DNA from: an uncultured Acidobacteriaceae bacterium
GTDB lineage: Bacteria > Acidobacteriota > Terriglobia > Terriglobales > Acidobacteriaceae
Length of the DNA: 64,000 bases
Assembly (NCBI GenBank): GCA_963774255.1
Contig: CAVZEH010000024.1
Span: 59,610-123,609, forward strand
Direction: 5' to 3'
Part shown: piece by piece, positions 1-10,685 of the stretch
Numbering within the stretch: position 1 is the first letter of the stretch
Layout of the letters: each line of letters begins with the position of its first letter
Program-made: the position numbers and the translations under genes
Notes under the pieces: generated by a model
The model's database searches: none
What the model saw: only the letters and a program-made list of their open reading frames with translations
Told to the model about the DNA's origin: nothing

Positions 1-931
1 AAGCCCACGCCGGAATGGAGACGAGCGAGATCAGCAGCGCCAGCATGATGGAGCGGCGGCGGCCAATCTTCTCCGAAATGTGGCCGAAGAAGAGCGCTCC
101 AACGACCGCGCCGATGTTATAGACGATCGGAATACCGTAGAGCATTTTCATGCCAAAAAGCTTCTGTCCCAGCATTCCGGGAACGGACTTCAGGAAGTCC
201 GGATAGAGGTCCTGCGTGCCGTGTGAGAGGCAATTCATCGCGGCCATCACCAGTAAGAGGTAGGCAAAGACACCAATATGCTGAAATAGGGCGCGGAATA
301 TCTTGCCCAGCGACGGTGGGTGATGCAGCTTCCAGGATTCTGATTCAGGCGCGAAATGAGTAAGGATAACAATGAGCACTGTGACGCTGGAGCCGGCCAC
401 GAACATAGCGCGCCATCCAAAGGCCGGCAGTACCGTTTGCATGGCCACAGCCGCCTGCAGATAGCCAAAAGGATAGCCGCCCTGCATCAACCCGGAAAGC
501 AATCCGCGCCGGCGGCGTGGGGCGCTTTCCATGGCATACGAGGCTCCGACGCCCCAATAGCCGCCCATTCCGATGCCGTATAGTCCGCGCATTATCAGGA
601 AGAAGATGTAGTTGGGAGCGAAGCCGCTGAGGACGGTGATGGTCGAGAAGAACAGCACACAGGCAATCAGCGGGCGCTTGCGGCCGAAACGGTCTGCCAG
701 CGAGCCGAAGAGCAACGCCCCCACTCGGCGCATGGCCAGCGTGAGAGTGAGCGTATAGACGATGGCCGCCTTACTCACATGGAAGTTGCTCGCCAGCGTG
801 TCGAAAAGAAAGATGACGACAAAGAAATCAAAGGCATCCAGGACCCAGCCCAGAATGCCTGAGGCCACGGCGAACTGCCAGCCCCGCGTCTCCTGGTCCC
901 TTGTCAGTACGTCCGATGATGATAAATCCAT
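1..931 (-). CDS. MFS transporter, N-terminal part only (gene runs off the left edge)
   Basis: Reverse translation from the ATG at 931 (MDLSSSDVLTRDQETRGWQF...) stays open to base 1. It has the MFS motif-A-like DRFGRKRPL and many hydrophobic helices. It is absent from the ORF track because there is no stop in the window. Confidence 0.75.
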   Translation of the reverse strand, partial: MDLSSSDVLTRDQETRGWQFAVASGILGWVLDAFDFFVVIFLFDTLASNFHVSKAAIVYTLTLTLAMRRVGALLFGSLADRFGRKRPLIACVLFFSTITVLSGFAPNYIFFLIMRGLYGIGMGGYWGVGASYAMESAPRRRRGLLSGLMQGGYPFGYLQAAVAMQTVLPAFGWRAMFVAGSSVTVLIVILTHFAPESESWKLHHPPSLGKIFRALFQHIGVFAYLLLVMAAMNCLSHGTQDLYPDFLKSVPGMLGQKLFGMKMLYGIPIVYNIGAVVGALFFGHISEKIGRRRSIMLALLISLVSIPAWA

Positions 932-1165
932 GATGCCTTTTCCCTTGGTTCTATCTGCCCGGTGCAAAGACGCGGACACGGGGCATTAAAGGGAATCGTT
1001 TGAAGTTAGAACCTCTTATTAATACATAAACTTCGGTGACTCTAAGTTAAGCCCAGATACGATGCTCCTAACTTCCGATGAAAACTCATACTATTCCCTA
1101 AGCGTGGTGCGGGCGAGCCGGCACATGTTACCGGCCAGCGGATACGCTTGACCGATCTCTACGTG

Positions 1166-2179
1166 TTACTGCACTTGATACACATAGACCTGTCCACGCG
1201 AGTTTGCCTGAGGAGGAACGACAACAAAATAGCGCTTCAGTCGCGGAATCAGCAGCTCGTTCTTCGCACCGGGGCCGGTGGGGACCTCTGCAAGTAGTTT
1301 GTAATGGTCAGGATCCTGTTGGTAATAGACCGACGTAGACCCGGCGGCGCACGAAGCGTAGATGCGTTTGCTTGTGGGATCGAAGATTAGTTCGTCTATA
1401 TTCTTGGCAATCGGGAGCGACTGGAGTTCCTTACCGGTTTGCGTGTCAAACACTATAACCGAGCCGCTGCGGGCTCCTACGAAAAGCCTGTTATTTGCCT
1501 CGTCGAGAGCCATGGCAACGTTCGTCTTTCCCATCGTGATCGGCCAGCTTGTCACCACAGAACGCGCTTTCCGATCGACTACCGCAACCTGGCTCAACGC
1601 CCGGTTAGTCACGTACATCGTAGAGCCGGATTTTGGCAGGGCCATGGCTTCGAGGGTATCGCCGTCAATCTTGATATCAGCTATTTTGTCGCCGCTCGTG
1701 GTATCGACAATGCTGAGCATCGAAAACGCATCGTGCGCGTCGCCACCGCCATTGTCGATATAAAGATAATGTGTTTGAGCATCGTAGCCGATAGAATCAG
1801 CGTCCGGTTTGAGCGGCACAGTTTTTAGAAGCTGATATGTCTTGCCGTCATAGATCCTGAGTGCGCCTGGGCCGCCATCCGTAACGTAAATGCGATCGAG
1901 ATCCTCACGCACGAAGATTGCATGGGGTATATCGATGCCTGAAATCGAATGCAAGAATTTTCCATCGTGGAGATTGAACACCAGCACCTGATGGGCACCC
2001 TCCGCAGCGAGGAAGAGCCTGTTTCCTTTGAGGTCAGCTGCCAGATGATCGAAGCGGCCCTTGATTTCGGCCGGCATGTCGTACTTTGTAACCAGCTTAA
2101 GAGGGGCGTTTGCCTGCGCGACGGCGGCCAATGCAGGGCCAACAAGACAAAATCCGACAGTTGCAATGATCTTTTTCAT
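1166..2179 (-). CDS. Secreted YncE-like beta-propeller (YVTN-repeat) protein
   Basis: 354-aa ORF. The internal start MKKIIATVGFCLVGPALAAVAQA (signal peptide) is preceded by AAGGAGAAGA. Recurrent YVTD/YVTN-type blades are present (IYVTDGGPGALRIYD, MYVTNRALSQVAVVD). Confidence 0.6.
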   Translation of the reverse strand: MKKIIATVGFCLVGPALAAVAQANAPLKLVTKYDMPAEIKGRFDHLAADLKGNRLFLAAEGAHQVLVFNLHDGKFLHSISGIDIPHAIFVREDLDRIYVTDGGPGALRIYDGKTYQLLKTVPLKPDADSIGYDAQTHYLYIDNGGGDAHDAFSMLSIVDTTSGDKIADIKIDGDTLEAMALPKSGSTMYVTNRALSQVAVVDRKARSVVTSWPITMGKTNVAMALDEANNRLFVGARSGSVIVFDTQTGKELQSLPIAKNIDELIFDPTSKRIYASCAAGSTSVYYQQDPDHYKLLAEVPTGPGAKNELLIPRLKRYFVVVPPQANSRGQVYVYQVQ

Positions 2180-2720
2180 TCTTCTCCTTAGGGATGCTGC
2201 GAGTCCTCGACGACTTGGATTGCGGTCCATTAGCGGACCACGATTGTGAAATTAGCCAATAGAAGCTGAAGACAACCTGAAGAGCTGCTCAGGATCGCAG
2301 AGCAACGCACCTAAATCGCCCGCTAGAATTGGAGCCTTCTTGGCCAAGAGAACCGGATCGAGGAAGGCTGACAATCTCGCCTCGATGATCTTTGAAGAAA
2401 CAAACAATGCCGATTTGCTCTGGTTATCTCGGGACTCGGATCTCTCTTCTGAACTGCTTATGGCTGCGCTTGCGAGCATTGATCTCAGAAGAAAAATTCC
2501 GATTTAAGGTTGGCTTAATGTGCGAACTAATATATTGCTCGGCTTGAGTATAATATGGCGTTTGCCGCCTCTTTTATGGAATGATGGTCGACGGCTGGTG
2601 CCCATAAGATGTCCATCGCAATTGCTCTTCACAAACTGGGATCCTTGGCAAGAACCCGGGTTGGATGATATGAGCAGTGCTTGAAATAAAACTGGAAGAG
2701 CCAACGGAGGACATCAGTCA

Positions 2721-4211
2721 ATGGAAGAGGAAAAGAATCATCTGACTCGGCGCAACGTATTGCGAGGGGCAGGTTGGATGATGGCGGCCGCAACTGTGCC
2801 GGTGTGGCCGAGCGAGGTGGTGGCGCGAGCAGAGCCGTCGAATACAGAAGCTTCTAGGGGCTCGACCGCAACGCTCAGCAGATATATGAGCGAGGCTGGC
2901 GATCGCCCGCTTCCGAGTGAGGTGGCGGAGAAGGCAAAGCAGCACATCCTGGATACGATGGCGGCAATGATCTCCGGTGCCGATCTGCCTCCAGCGAAAG
3001 TAGCACTTAAGTTCGCACATGCCTATGGTGGAGAGAAGGTGGCTACCGTTGTCGGTTCTGAAGTGCTCTGCGGGCCAATTGAAGCGGCCATCGCAAATGG
3101 CATGCTGGCTCATTCCGATGAGACCGACGATTCGCACTCTCCCTCGCATTCGCATCCTGGTTGTGCTGTAGTTCCCGCAGCTCTAGCCGCCGGCGAGAAG
3201 TTCAGCATCAGCGGAACACGCTTTGTGCGAGCTGTTGCCCTGGGCTACGACATCGGCGCCCGGGTTACGATGACGTTGGGCGGCCTGGAATTTCAAATGG
3301 GTACTCACCGCAGCACGCATAGCATTGCCAATACTTTTGGGGCATCGGCGGCGGCGGGTTGCGCGGCAGGTTTGAATGCCCAGCAGATGGGTTGGGTGCT
3401 CGACTATGCTGCCCAGCAAGCGTCGGGTATCGCCGCCTGGCAGCGAGATACCCAGCACATCGAGAAGTCACTTGTCTTCGGCGGCTTCCCTGCACGCAAC
3501 GGCGTGACCGCCGCTCTGCTGATTCAGTTGGGCTCTACCGGAGTGGATGATATCTTCTCGGGCTCTGACAATTTTCTCATGGCATTTGCGCCGAATGCCG
3601 ATCCCGCCGGGCTGATCGACAAGCTGGGCGAGCGCTACGAAATCACCAGGACAAATATCAAGAAATGGACCGTAGGTTCTCCTATCCAGGCGCCCCTCGA
3701 TGCCCTGGAACTCATCATGAAACAACACCCCTTTCAGACCGATCAGGTACAGAAGGTGATAGTGCGAGTCGCCACTAGCGAGGCCAAGACGGTAAACAAC
3801 CGTGATATGCCGGATATCTCCCTACAGCACCTGATCGCCGTGATGCTGATTGACAAGACAGTATCTTTCAGGACGGTGCACGACAAGGCACGCATGCAGG
3901 ATCCGGCAATCCTCGCTGTGCGTTCCAAGGTGCAGCTTGTGCCTGACGAGGAACTTGAACACCTGTATCCGCAATTGGTAGCTATTGTGGAGGTGACGCT
4001 TAAGGATGGCACACAATTTACCCAGCGCGTTGATGCGGTACGTGGCACGGTCCGGAATCCCATGACTCATGATGAACTGGTAGAGAAGGCCAGCGACCTG
4101 ATGACGCCATTCCTAGGCTCGGCGAAATGTCAGCAATTGATCGATATGGTCTTCAACATCGAAAAATTGCCCGACATCCACATGCTCAGCCCTTTGCTTC
4201 GACGCAGCTAA
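2721..4211 (+). CDS. MmgE/PrpD (2-methylcitrate dehydratase) family protein with Tat-type signal
   Basis: 496 aa. The N-terminus LTRRNVLRGAGWMMAAATVPVWP is twin-arginine-like. Length and overall sequence look like the MmgE/PrpD family. Confidence 0.7.
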   Translation: MEEEKNHLTRRNVLRGAGWMMAAATVPVWPSEVVARAEPSNTEASRGSTATLSRYMSEAGDRPLPSEVAEKAKQHILDTMAAMISGADLPPAKVALKFAHAYGGEKVATVVGSEVLCGPIEAAIANGMLAHSDETDDSHSPSHSHPGCAVVPAALAAGEKFSISGTRFVRAVALGYDIGARVTMTLGGLEFQMGTHRSTHSIANTFGASAAAGCAAGLNAQQMGWVLDYAAQQASGIAAWQRDTQHIEKSLVFGGFPARNGVTAALLIQLGSTGVDDIFSGSDNFLMAFAPNADPAGLIDKLGERYEITRTNIKKWTVGSPIQAPLDALELIMKQHPFQTDQVQKVIVRVATSEAKTVNNRDMPDISLQHLIAVMLIDKTVSFRTVHDKARMQDPAILAVRSKVQLVPDEELEHLYPQLVAIVEVTLKDGTQFTQRVDAVRGTVRNPMTHDELVEKASDLMTPFLGSAKCQQLIDMVFNIEKLPDIHMLSPLLRRS

Positions 4212-4302
4212 TAGGGTGATACTTGCAAAAAGCTATCATTTGTGACTTCCGTCCAGAAACACTCAGTATTGCAGTCGCCAATACTGAGTGCGGCCAATAG
4301 CT

Positions 4303-5010
4303 ATGCGCGTTATGATCATCGAAGACGAGAAGCGGCTAGCAGAAAACCTAGCAGGCACTTTGCGAGACAGTGCATTATGCGCAGTGGATGTCGCTCTGGA
4401 TGGCCAGGAGGGACTCTTTATGGCCGAATCCAGCGCCTATGATTTGTTGATACTGGATCTAATGCTTCCCAAGCTGAGCGGGCTCCAATTGCTCAGGAAG
4501 TACCGCGAGCATGGCCATAGGACGCCGATTCTGATCTTAACTGCTCGTGACGAAAAGGAAATCGTAGTAATACTGCTCAATGCAGGAGCAGATGATTACC
4601 TCACGAAACCCTTCGATTTGGGAGAGTTCGTTGCACGCTGCAAAGCCCTGATTCGGCGAGGTCTTGGCGAGTCCTCTTCTGTCATTCATATTGGTGCTTT
4701 GACGTTAAACAGCGCGAGCCGCAGAGTGGACGTCAACGGCAAGCCCGTCATATTAACCAATATGGAGTATCGGTTACTCGAGTATCTCGCGCATCGCCGT
4801 GGCGCTCTGGTTTCTAAGACGGAACTCCTTGAACATCTTTATGATTACAATTGGGAAAAATTCAGCAATGTCATTGAAGTTTATATCTCCGGCTTGCGCC
4901 GCAAGATCGATGGAATTGCGGCTGAGAGACTGATCCATACTGTTCGCGGACTCGGCTATGCGCTTCGCCTCCAAGGCGAACCGGTTATGAAAAAGCGCGG
5001 GAAAGAATGA
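4303..5010 (+). CDS. OmpR-family response regulator
   Basis: MRVMIIEDE... receiver domain (DLLILDLMLPKLSG) plus a C-terminal winged-helix domain (EYRLLEYLAHRRGALVSKTELLEHLY). The ORF opens at 4288 (GTG), but the ATG at 4303 fits the family N-terminus. Confidence 0.85.
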   Translation: MRVMIIEDEKRLAENLAGTLRDSALCAVDVALDGQEGLFMAESSAYDLLILDLMLPKLSGLQLLRKYREHGHRTPILILTARDEKEIVVILLNAGADDYLTKPFDLGEFVARCKALIRRGLGESSSVIHIGALTLNSASRRVDVNGKPVILTNMEYRLLEYLAHRRGALVSKTELLEHLYDYNWEKFSNVIEVYISGLRRKIDGIAAERLIHTVRGLGYALRLQGEPVMKKRGKE

Positions 5011-6446
5011 ACAAATTCTCTCTCAATAAGCGCCTTATAACCGCTGTAGTGTTGTCTCAATTGTTGCTTGCTGCTGGACTACTCATCATTGGAAGCTCTT
5101 TTTCACGTTATTACATTCGGTCCGCCTTTGATGTGTATCTGGAAGGACGCGTGCAGAGTATAGCCGCGCTGGTCTACTACCCCAGCGACGGAAGCCCAGG
5201 ACTGAAGTTCGCCTCTTCGAAGGTTCCTCCTTCTCCTCATAATGTTCATAAAGACATCTATCTCCTGCAAAGCGACCATGGGGGCTTCGAGAGGCATTCC
5301 GCTAACTATTATCCTTCGCTTTTCAACAATATACCTGCGCGCGTTCATTACTGGAATTTCAAGGTGCGGGGAGAAGCTTATCGGGCCATTATCTTGCGCA
5401 ACATCGTCATTCCCGACACTGGCGCGGGAAAGCTACAACCTCTTCCTAAACTGAACGTCATCTATGCCGCACCTACAATGGATATCGCGCAGAGGATCAC
5501 TGCGTTGGCGGTATCCATTGCATTTGCCAGCCTTGGGCTGCTGGTTCCCACGCTTATTTTAGCCATTTGGAGCATTCGCCGGGCTTTGACGCCGCTGAAT
5601 GATTTGGCATCCACGGCACGGTCCATCTCTGTGCATAATTGGCAGTTCCAGCCATCGGAGCAGGCAAAATCCACGGTTGAACTTGAACCGCTGATAGCTG
5701 CGATTGAGACGGTCCTTGCCGGCCTGCGGCGGGCCTTCACCAATCAACGCGAATTCCTGGGAGACGCTGCACATGAACTCAAGACTTCACTGGCCATCCT
5801 CAAATCCACCTTGCAATCACTCCTAAACAAGCCACGCCAAGCTGAGGAGTATCATCATGGCCTCGCGCTTATGAGCGAGGATTGTGACCGTCTCGAGACA
5901 CTGCTCAGCCGCATGCTTCGATTGGCCAGAGTCGAGCAGTGGGCGGCGGATGGAATTCAGCGCGAGTTGGACTTAATCGATTTAGCCTACACTTGTGAAC
6001 TGGCTATCGCACGCATGGCTGAACTTGCCTCGGCGCGTGATGTTCACATCGACTTCTCATTTGATGAGGTGGTATTGATCCGTGCGGACCCCGCCGATCT
6101 GGAACTCGTCTGGATCAATCTTCTGGAAAATGCGGTTCAATACAGCCCGCGGGATTCAACGGTGGCTGTGCTACTACGTACCGAGGGAGATAACGTTACC
6201 GTATCGGTATCAGATTCAGGGTGCGGCATTCCCGATTCTGAAGTAACGCAGATTTTCGATCGCTTTTACCGAGCCGATCCCTCGCGTTCCAGAGCAACAG
6301 GAGGTTTCGGACTGGGGCTTGCCATTGCGAAATCTATCGTTGAGGCATACAAAGGCCGCATCAGCGCTGATAGTCAGCTTGGCCAAGGAACCCATATCTC
6401 GGTTGTGTTACCAATATCGCCGACTTCAACCAAAAACCATACCTGA
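5007..6446 (+). CDS. Sensor histidine kinase (partner of the upstream regulator)
   Basis: ATGA overlap with the regulator. Two TM segments, H-box FLGDAAHELKTSL, N-box LLENAVQYS, G-boxes DSGCGIP and GGFGLGLAIAKSIV. Confidence 0.85.
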   Translation: MNKFSLNKRLITAVVLSQLLLAAGLLIIGSSFSRYYIRSAFDVYLEGRVQSIAALVYYPSDGSPGLKFASSKVPPSPHNVHKDIYLLQSDHGGFERHSANYYPSLFNNIPARVHYWNFKVRGEAYRAIILRNIVIPDTGAGKLQPLPKLNVIYAAPTMDIAQRITALAVSIAFASLGLLVPTLILAIWSIRRALTPLNDLASTARSISVHNWQFQPSEQAKSTVELEPLIAAIETVLAGLRRAFTNQREFLGDAAHELKTSLAILKSTLQSLLNKPRQAEEYHHGLALMSEDCDRLETLLSRMLRLARVEQWAADGIQRELDLIDLAYTCELAIARMAELASARDVHIDFSFDEVVLIRADPADLELVWINLLENAVQYSPRDSTVAVLLRTEGDNVTVSVSDSGCGIPDSEVTQIFDRFYRADPSRSRATGGFGLGLAIAKSIVEAYKGRISADSQLGQGTHISVVLPISPTSTKNHT

Positions 6447-6544
6447 GGGACTGAAAAGCCAGGATGAGATTAAAACTAATCTCGACGAAAGCCTTCGCCA
6501 TGCAGCTAGCTTATCAGCAGGAGCTCGACGCAGCAGAAGAAGAC

Positions 6545-6872
6545 TCGAGTTTCACGCGCGTTTGCGTTCTCCTCATACCCACTGTAGACACGACTGCGCC
6601 CGCTCGCCGAATGAAAACTACCGCTCCAAGGCACGCTGGAAGCTGCGCGGCGATACCCACAATGGGTTTCGGGTCGATTCTGTTTTGTGACTCAATTCGA
6701 GCGGAACAGCGGAACGGTCCCATCTGGCGTTGCTGCCAAAGATCAGGAGGGGAAGGCCCAGAATCGCTCAATTTGAAAAGCAACAGGTTTTAACGCACCT
6801 GCGTCGACAAGCGTGGTCGATCAAAAATACTTCCTATAGCAACGGAAGATTTCCGATAAGAGTGTCAGGCCC
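6545..6872. repeat. Copy 1 (distal part only) of the ~570-bp island repeat (part B)
   Basis: Near-identical by eye to 13305-13640 and 15095-15430. Homology starts abruptly at GAGTTTCAC (6545), about 100 bp after the kinase stop, and ends inside the terminal segment (GTGTCAGGCCCGAGAT). Confidence 0.8.
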
Positions 6873-6914
6873 GAGATGGAAAAGTGAGCCGCATTGGTAC
6901 GCGACGTTCAGCGT

Positions 6915-7475
6915 TCACAATGCGTTCGTTTTCACCTCAAAACGTCCGTCAATTCTTTTAATGGCAGTTCGGTAAAATTTGCCAGCCGCGTCCTCGCATT
7001 CAATGAGAATTCCGCGATCGTCGATCATATTGGCCGTTAACTCTATTACATCGTCGGCCAGCGTGTTTGTGAAATACAAGGTGAACGGCATCCCCACCCC
7101 CACGGTCCCGAGGTTAATTTTGTTGGTCCGTTCTGAATTCAGAAATCTCCAAGTGGTTTTCAGGGCCACTCCGGGCCCGACGTTGCATAGAATTGCCCTC
7201 TTTGCAGGGGAGGGTTCTTCATCAATCTTGAAAAAGGGGCGCCGGGCAGCTTGCCCTTGCAAGCGCATCTCGTTCGCCTGTGCATTCGCCGCCACGACTT
7301 GGGCGTTAGCCGCCTTGACTTGCTCATCAGCAGCCTTCGCCTGAGAATCAGCGGCTCTAGCTTGCTTCCATCCCACTCGAATCAGAATAATAGTGGCCAG
7401 AAAGAGCAACGCTTGAATGAGTAGGCTGATTTGATCCTTGTAGTTCTCCAACCACCAGAACAGTTTGCCAGTCAT
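6915..7475 (-). CDS. Hypothetical membrane-anchored protein (gene X, intact copy)
   Basis: 186 aa. N-terminal TM helix ISLLIQALLFLATIILIRVGW, an Ala/Lys/Gln-rich repeat stretch (AKAADSQAKAADEQVKAANAQVVAANAQ), then a C-terminal globular part. A decayed paralogue lies at 12426-13067. Confidence 0.5.
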   Translation of the reverse strand: MTGKLFWWLENYKDQISLLIQALLFLATIILIRVGWKQARAADSQAKAADEQVKAANAQVVAANAQANEMRLQGQAARRPFFKIDEEPSPAKRAILCNVGPGVALKTTWRFLNSERTNKINLGTVGVGMPFTLYFTNTLADDVIELTANMIDDRGILIECEDAAGKFYRTAIKRIDGRFEVKTNAL

Positions 7476-7586
7476 TACAGCAGGGTAACAGCGACTTCAA
7501 TCGGTCAGCGGCCATTCCAAGCGAGGCTATCAAGCCACTTGCGACAAACTTGCGACAAAACCTTGTTTGCAGATTATTGTTTTGAA

Positions 7587-7695
7587 GCTAAGTCTTTTGT
7601 TTTATTGGCGCCCCTAAGCACGCAAAGTTTGAACCTCTTCGCTGAAAACGTCTCCCAAGCTGAGGCTTTGAGTGCCGAGATCGCGATTATTTTGC
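7587..7695. repeat. Copy 1 (proximal part A) of the island repeat, truncated by an IS110 fragment
   Basis: GCTAAGTCTTTTGTTTTATTGGCGCCCCTAAGCACGCAAAGTTTGAACC... matches 13108-13215 and 14897-15003. Homology stops at 7695, where the transposase fragment begins. Confidence 0.8.
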
Positions 7696-7699
7696 TCCA

Positions 7700-8043
7700 A
7701 TGAGTTGAGCGGAGGGAGAATTCTCAAGAAGCGAAACCGGAAGGTTGTCCATCGTGCAGCTACCGCTTTCCGCATGGCTGCCTCCACGCTTCGGACAAGC
7801 CAAAGCTATCTCGGTGCGAAGTTCCGTCGCCTTCGTAGCCGTCTTGGTCCACCTAAAGCAATCACCGCCATGGCCCGCACCTTGGCCATCCTCTTCTACC
7901 GCATGCTCAAGTTCGGACAAGACTACCTGGATCGCGGAACCGAGTTCTATGAGCAAAGGCAGCGAGACCAGCAGCTTCAATACTTACACAAAAAGGCTGC
8001 TCAACTCGGCTTCCAAGTCGTCGCATCACCGCACACTCCATAG
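7700..8043 (+). pseudogene. IS110-family transposase, C-terminal fragment only
   Basis: The translation ...SYLGAKFRRLRSRLGPPKAITAMARTLAILFYRMLKFGQDYLDRGTEFYEQ... matches the C-terminal region of IS110-type transposases (compare ...GVAKVAAARKLAVRLYWMLR in the intact copy at 48736-49773). No N-terminal DEDD domain is present. Confidence 0.7.
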
Positions 8044-8705
8044 CGAGTTTCTGGAGAGTACAGCGCGACAGATAGAAGAGAACCTATTATTTTTATGGTT
8101 CGGCAATCGGATTGGTATTGTCGGCCTGCTGCACGACTATGGTTATGGCCAATTCATCGAGGCGATCCACAATCGATTGCCGACGCGCTCCGCGATCAAA
8201 GAGTCGCTCGGAAAACCGTGGACCGCGCGATGCGAGGCTTTCTTGAGCTTGATGATTGAGCATCGCGAACTCCCTGGGGCGAGAATCAGCTTGGAATTCT
8301 GAGGCATGATTTGTCTCAGCCATATTGACACCAGCCGGCATTAGCGAATATAGTGATCGCGCGCCCGGGGCATTGATCTCTCTTTCCATCGCTCTCTTCA
8401 TGCACCGGGTTGAACGGCCAACTAATCTTTACCGTCCAGTACCATCCGGCTTCCGGCTCCGGGCCAAAACACACAATCCATTGAACGACGTTCCATTCCA
8501 GCACTCGGGTCTCTTATTCCGATCCTCCGGAATTTCCTGTCTGGCTTGAGCACGCTCGTTCCCAGGAGGAAGTTTTCTGCGCCGGAAACGCCGCCACTGC
8601 GAAAGAGTTTGTGGCGGCGGGAGAGCCAGGTAGCGGAACCGGCGGGAAAACCAACAGCCTTGTCCTGGCAGCACTCAGACTCAGTTTGAAACGCAGGAGA
8701 AGACC

Positions 8706-10685
8706 ATGAAACGCCTGTTCAGCCCTCTCGCCGTAATCATGCTGTTGGCCGCGCCGTTGATTTCCAGCGCGCAGAAGGCCGCCGTGGCCGGGGTGAAGAA
8801 TCTGGCGGCCGCAGCCGCGTTGCAAGCGGGTGGAGACAGCGCTGCGTCCCGTCCAAACATTCTCTTCATCATCATGGACGATGTGGGCATCGATCAGATG
8901 AGGATATTCGGCTATGGCGGATTGACCCCGCCAGGCACGCCGAATATAGATACCATTGCGCGCGCCGGGGTGCGATTCAGGAATGTTTGGGCGATGCCGG
9001 AGTGCTCGCCGAGCCGCGCCATATTCTTTGAGGGACGCTTTCCCCTGCGCACCAAGGTGTACGGCGCCATTCTGGATGACGATCTGGCCAATTCGCAGGT
9101 ATCGCCGTATGAAGCTACGATGCCGAAGCTGCTCAAAAGGCGCAACTACGATAGCGCCATGTTTGGCAAGTTTCACCTTGCCGGACCAACCTTCAATCCC
9201 TTCGGTCAAGCCACACCACATGCATTGGGATGGGACTTTTTCGACGGATTTCTTGAAGGAGCGCCGCACCCCATCGATACCACTGCGGGCGGTGTTGCCC
9301 CTGCCGGCACCTATACCTGCGGGTTTGTGCCGAATGCAAATTTTGCCAACGGAGCGGACAGCGGCGCCTGCTACACCGTGAGCAACAGTTGCGCGGTAAT
9401 CTCTAAAAACGCGGCGAATCGGACGCCGGGAAAGGTATGCGTGGAACAAGGAGGCATCTTTGTCCCCAATCAAGTATGCCAATCGAGCCCGCCGGCTGGT
9501 GTGAACTTCAATCAAGACAACGGGTATTACGTTTGGAACAGGGTCTTTAATAATCCCGATGGCTCCGTGGTGGCGCTCCCTCTAACAGATCCGCGGACCC
9601 GGGGCTACGTATCAGAGGCAACCACGGCCGCGACCATCAGTTGGATCAATTCGGAGAAAGCCAAGGGCGGGAAGTGGATGGCGACCGTCAGCTTTGCCGA
9701 TGCGCACACGCCATATCAACAGCCTCCCAATTCACTTCTCCCCCCGCTGTCAGAGCTTACCAACGGCTTCCAGTGCACAGGAAACGAGCCGAGGAACGTA
9801 CTTGCGACGCGTGTGCTGAGCAACCAGATGATCGAAGCCATGGACACGGAAATTGGCCAGATTCTGATTGGAACAGGATTAGCCACCGCTAATTCCGACG
9901 GCAGCCTGAATTATCACCCCGAAACGACCGATACCATGGTGGTTGTTGTGGGGGATAACGGCACATTCGCGCCAGGTGTGAAGGCGCCTTTCGATGTAAA
10001 TCGCGCAAAAGGCTACGTATATCAGACCGGAGTATGGGTGCCTCTGATCGTTTCCGGTCCTCTGGTCAGCGGACCCGACCGCGACGTGGCCTCGATGGTG
10101 AACGTTACCGATATTTTTCAGCTATTCGGGGAGATTGCAGGAATAGACGTTCACAAAGCAGTGCCGAAGTCTCACATTCTGGATTCCGCTTCCATGCTGC
10201 CCTATCTTACCAATCCGGACCAGGGAAGTATCCGGCAGACTAACTTCACCCAGACGGGCAACAACATTCACCTCAACAATCAGCAGCCCCCGCCGTGCGT
10301 GATTCCCTTGACCTCGCCACCGACCTGTGTCCAAGTCTTTAGTGACAAGGGCGTTTGTGAGTACGAAGGCGGCGATTGGTACGGTCCTAATCCGACACAG
10401 GGTACTCAGCAGTTCGGTTCCTGCTGCGCGGTGCAGAACTCCGGACTTTACAATTCCACCGGTCTCAGCATTCTGCCCGATGCACAAACTTCGACACGCA
10501 ACGATAATTTCAAGCTGGTCCAGAAAATGGAACCAGACTGTTCGAGTTCTTCGGGATCGGACGTGACCACGAACGAGTTCTATGAGATCAACGAGGACGT
10601 CCGATTCCAAAAATTGACAAAGCCGCCGATAATCTTTGGAATCCTACCGCAGGCTGCCCGGCTGGTCTTGATGCGACGCAGTTGA
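8706..10685 (+). CDS. Secreted sulfatase (formylglycine-dependent), 3' end frame-disrupted
   Basis: Signal peptide MKRLFSPLAVIMLLAAPLISSAQKA. PNILFIIMDDVGIDQ and the C-x-P-x-R motif in PECSPSRAIFFEGR. The last ~25 codons look out of frame (see 10682-10939). Confidence 0.85.
   Translation: MKRLFSPLAVIMLLAAPLISSAQKAAVAGVKNLAAAAALQAGGDSAASRPNILFIIMDDVGIDQMRIFGYGGLTPPGTPNIDTIARAGVRFRNVWAMPECSPSRAIFFEGRFPLRTKVYGAILDDDLANSQVSPYEATMPKLLKRRNYDSAMFGKFHLAGPTFNPFGQATPHALGWDFFDGFLEGAPHPIDTTAGGVAPAGTYTCGFVPNANFANGADSGACYTVSNSCAVISKNAANRTPGKVCVEQGGIFVPNQVCQSSPPAGVNFNQDNGYYVWNRVFNNPDGSVVALPLTDPRTRGYVSEATTAATISWINSEKAKGGKWMATVSFADAHTPYQQPPNSLLPPLSELTNGFQCTGNEPRNVLATRVLSNQMIEAMDTEIGQILIGTGLATANSDGSLNYHPETTDTMVVVVGDNGTFAPGVKAPFDVNRAKGYVYQTGVWVPLIVSGPLVSGPDRDVASMVNVTDIFQLFGEIAGIDVHKAVPKSHILDSASMLPYLTNPDQGSIRQTNFTQTGNNIHLNNQQPPPCVIPLTSPPTCVQVFSDKGVCEYEGGDWYGPNPTQGTQQFGSCCAVQNSGLYNSTGLSILPDAQTSTRNDNFKLVQKMEPDCSSSSGSDVTTNEFYEINEDVRFQKLTKPPIIFGILPQAARLVLMRRS

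Noticed and set aside
2252-2704. Small minus-strand ORFs (75 and 66 aa) between the beta-propeller and PrpD-like genes
   Set aside because: There are no motifs and no RBS evidence. This is probably the divergent promoter region.
7745-8401. Competing small ORFs between the IS110 fragment and the sulfatase (185 aa plus strand, 102 aa minus strand)
   Set aside because: The first 100 codons of the plus-strand ORF are just an alternate frame of the transposase fragment. Neither ORF shows a motif or a convincing start/RBS, and I cannot decide the strand, so neither is reported as a feature.
8514-9515. 333-aa antisense ORF inside the sulfatase gene
   Set aside because: It is Arg/Gly/Ala-rich antisense read-through typical of GC-rich DNA. 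The plus-strand frame carries the sulfatase signature motifs.
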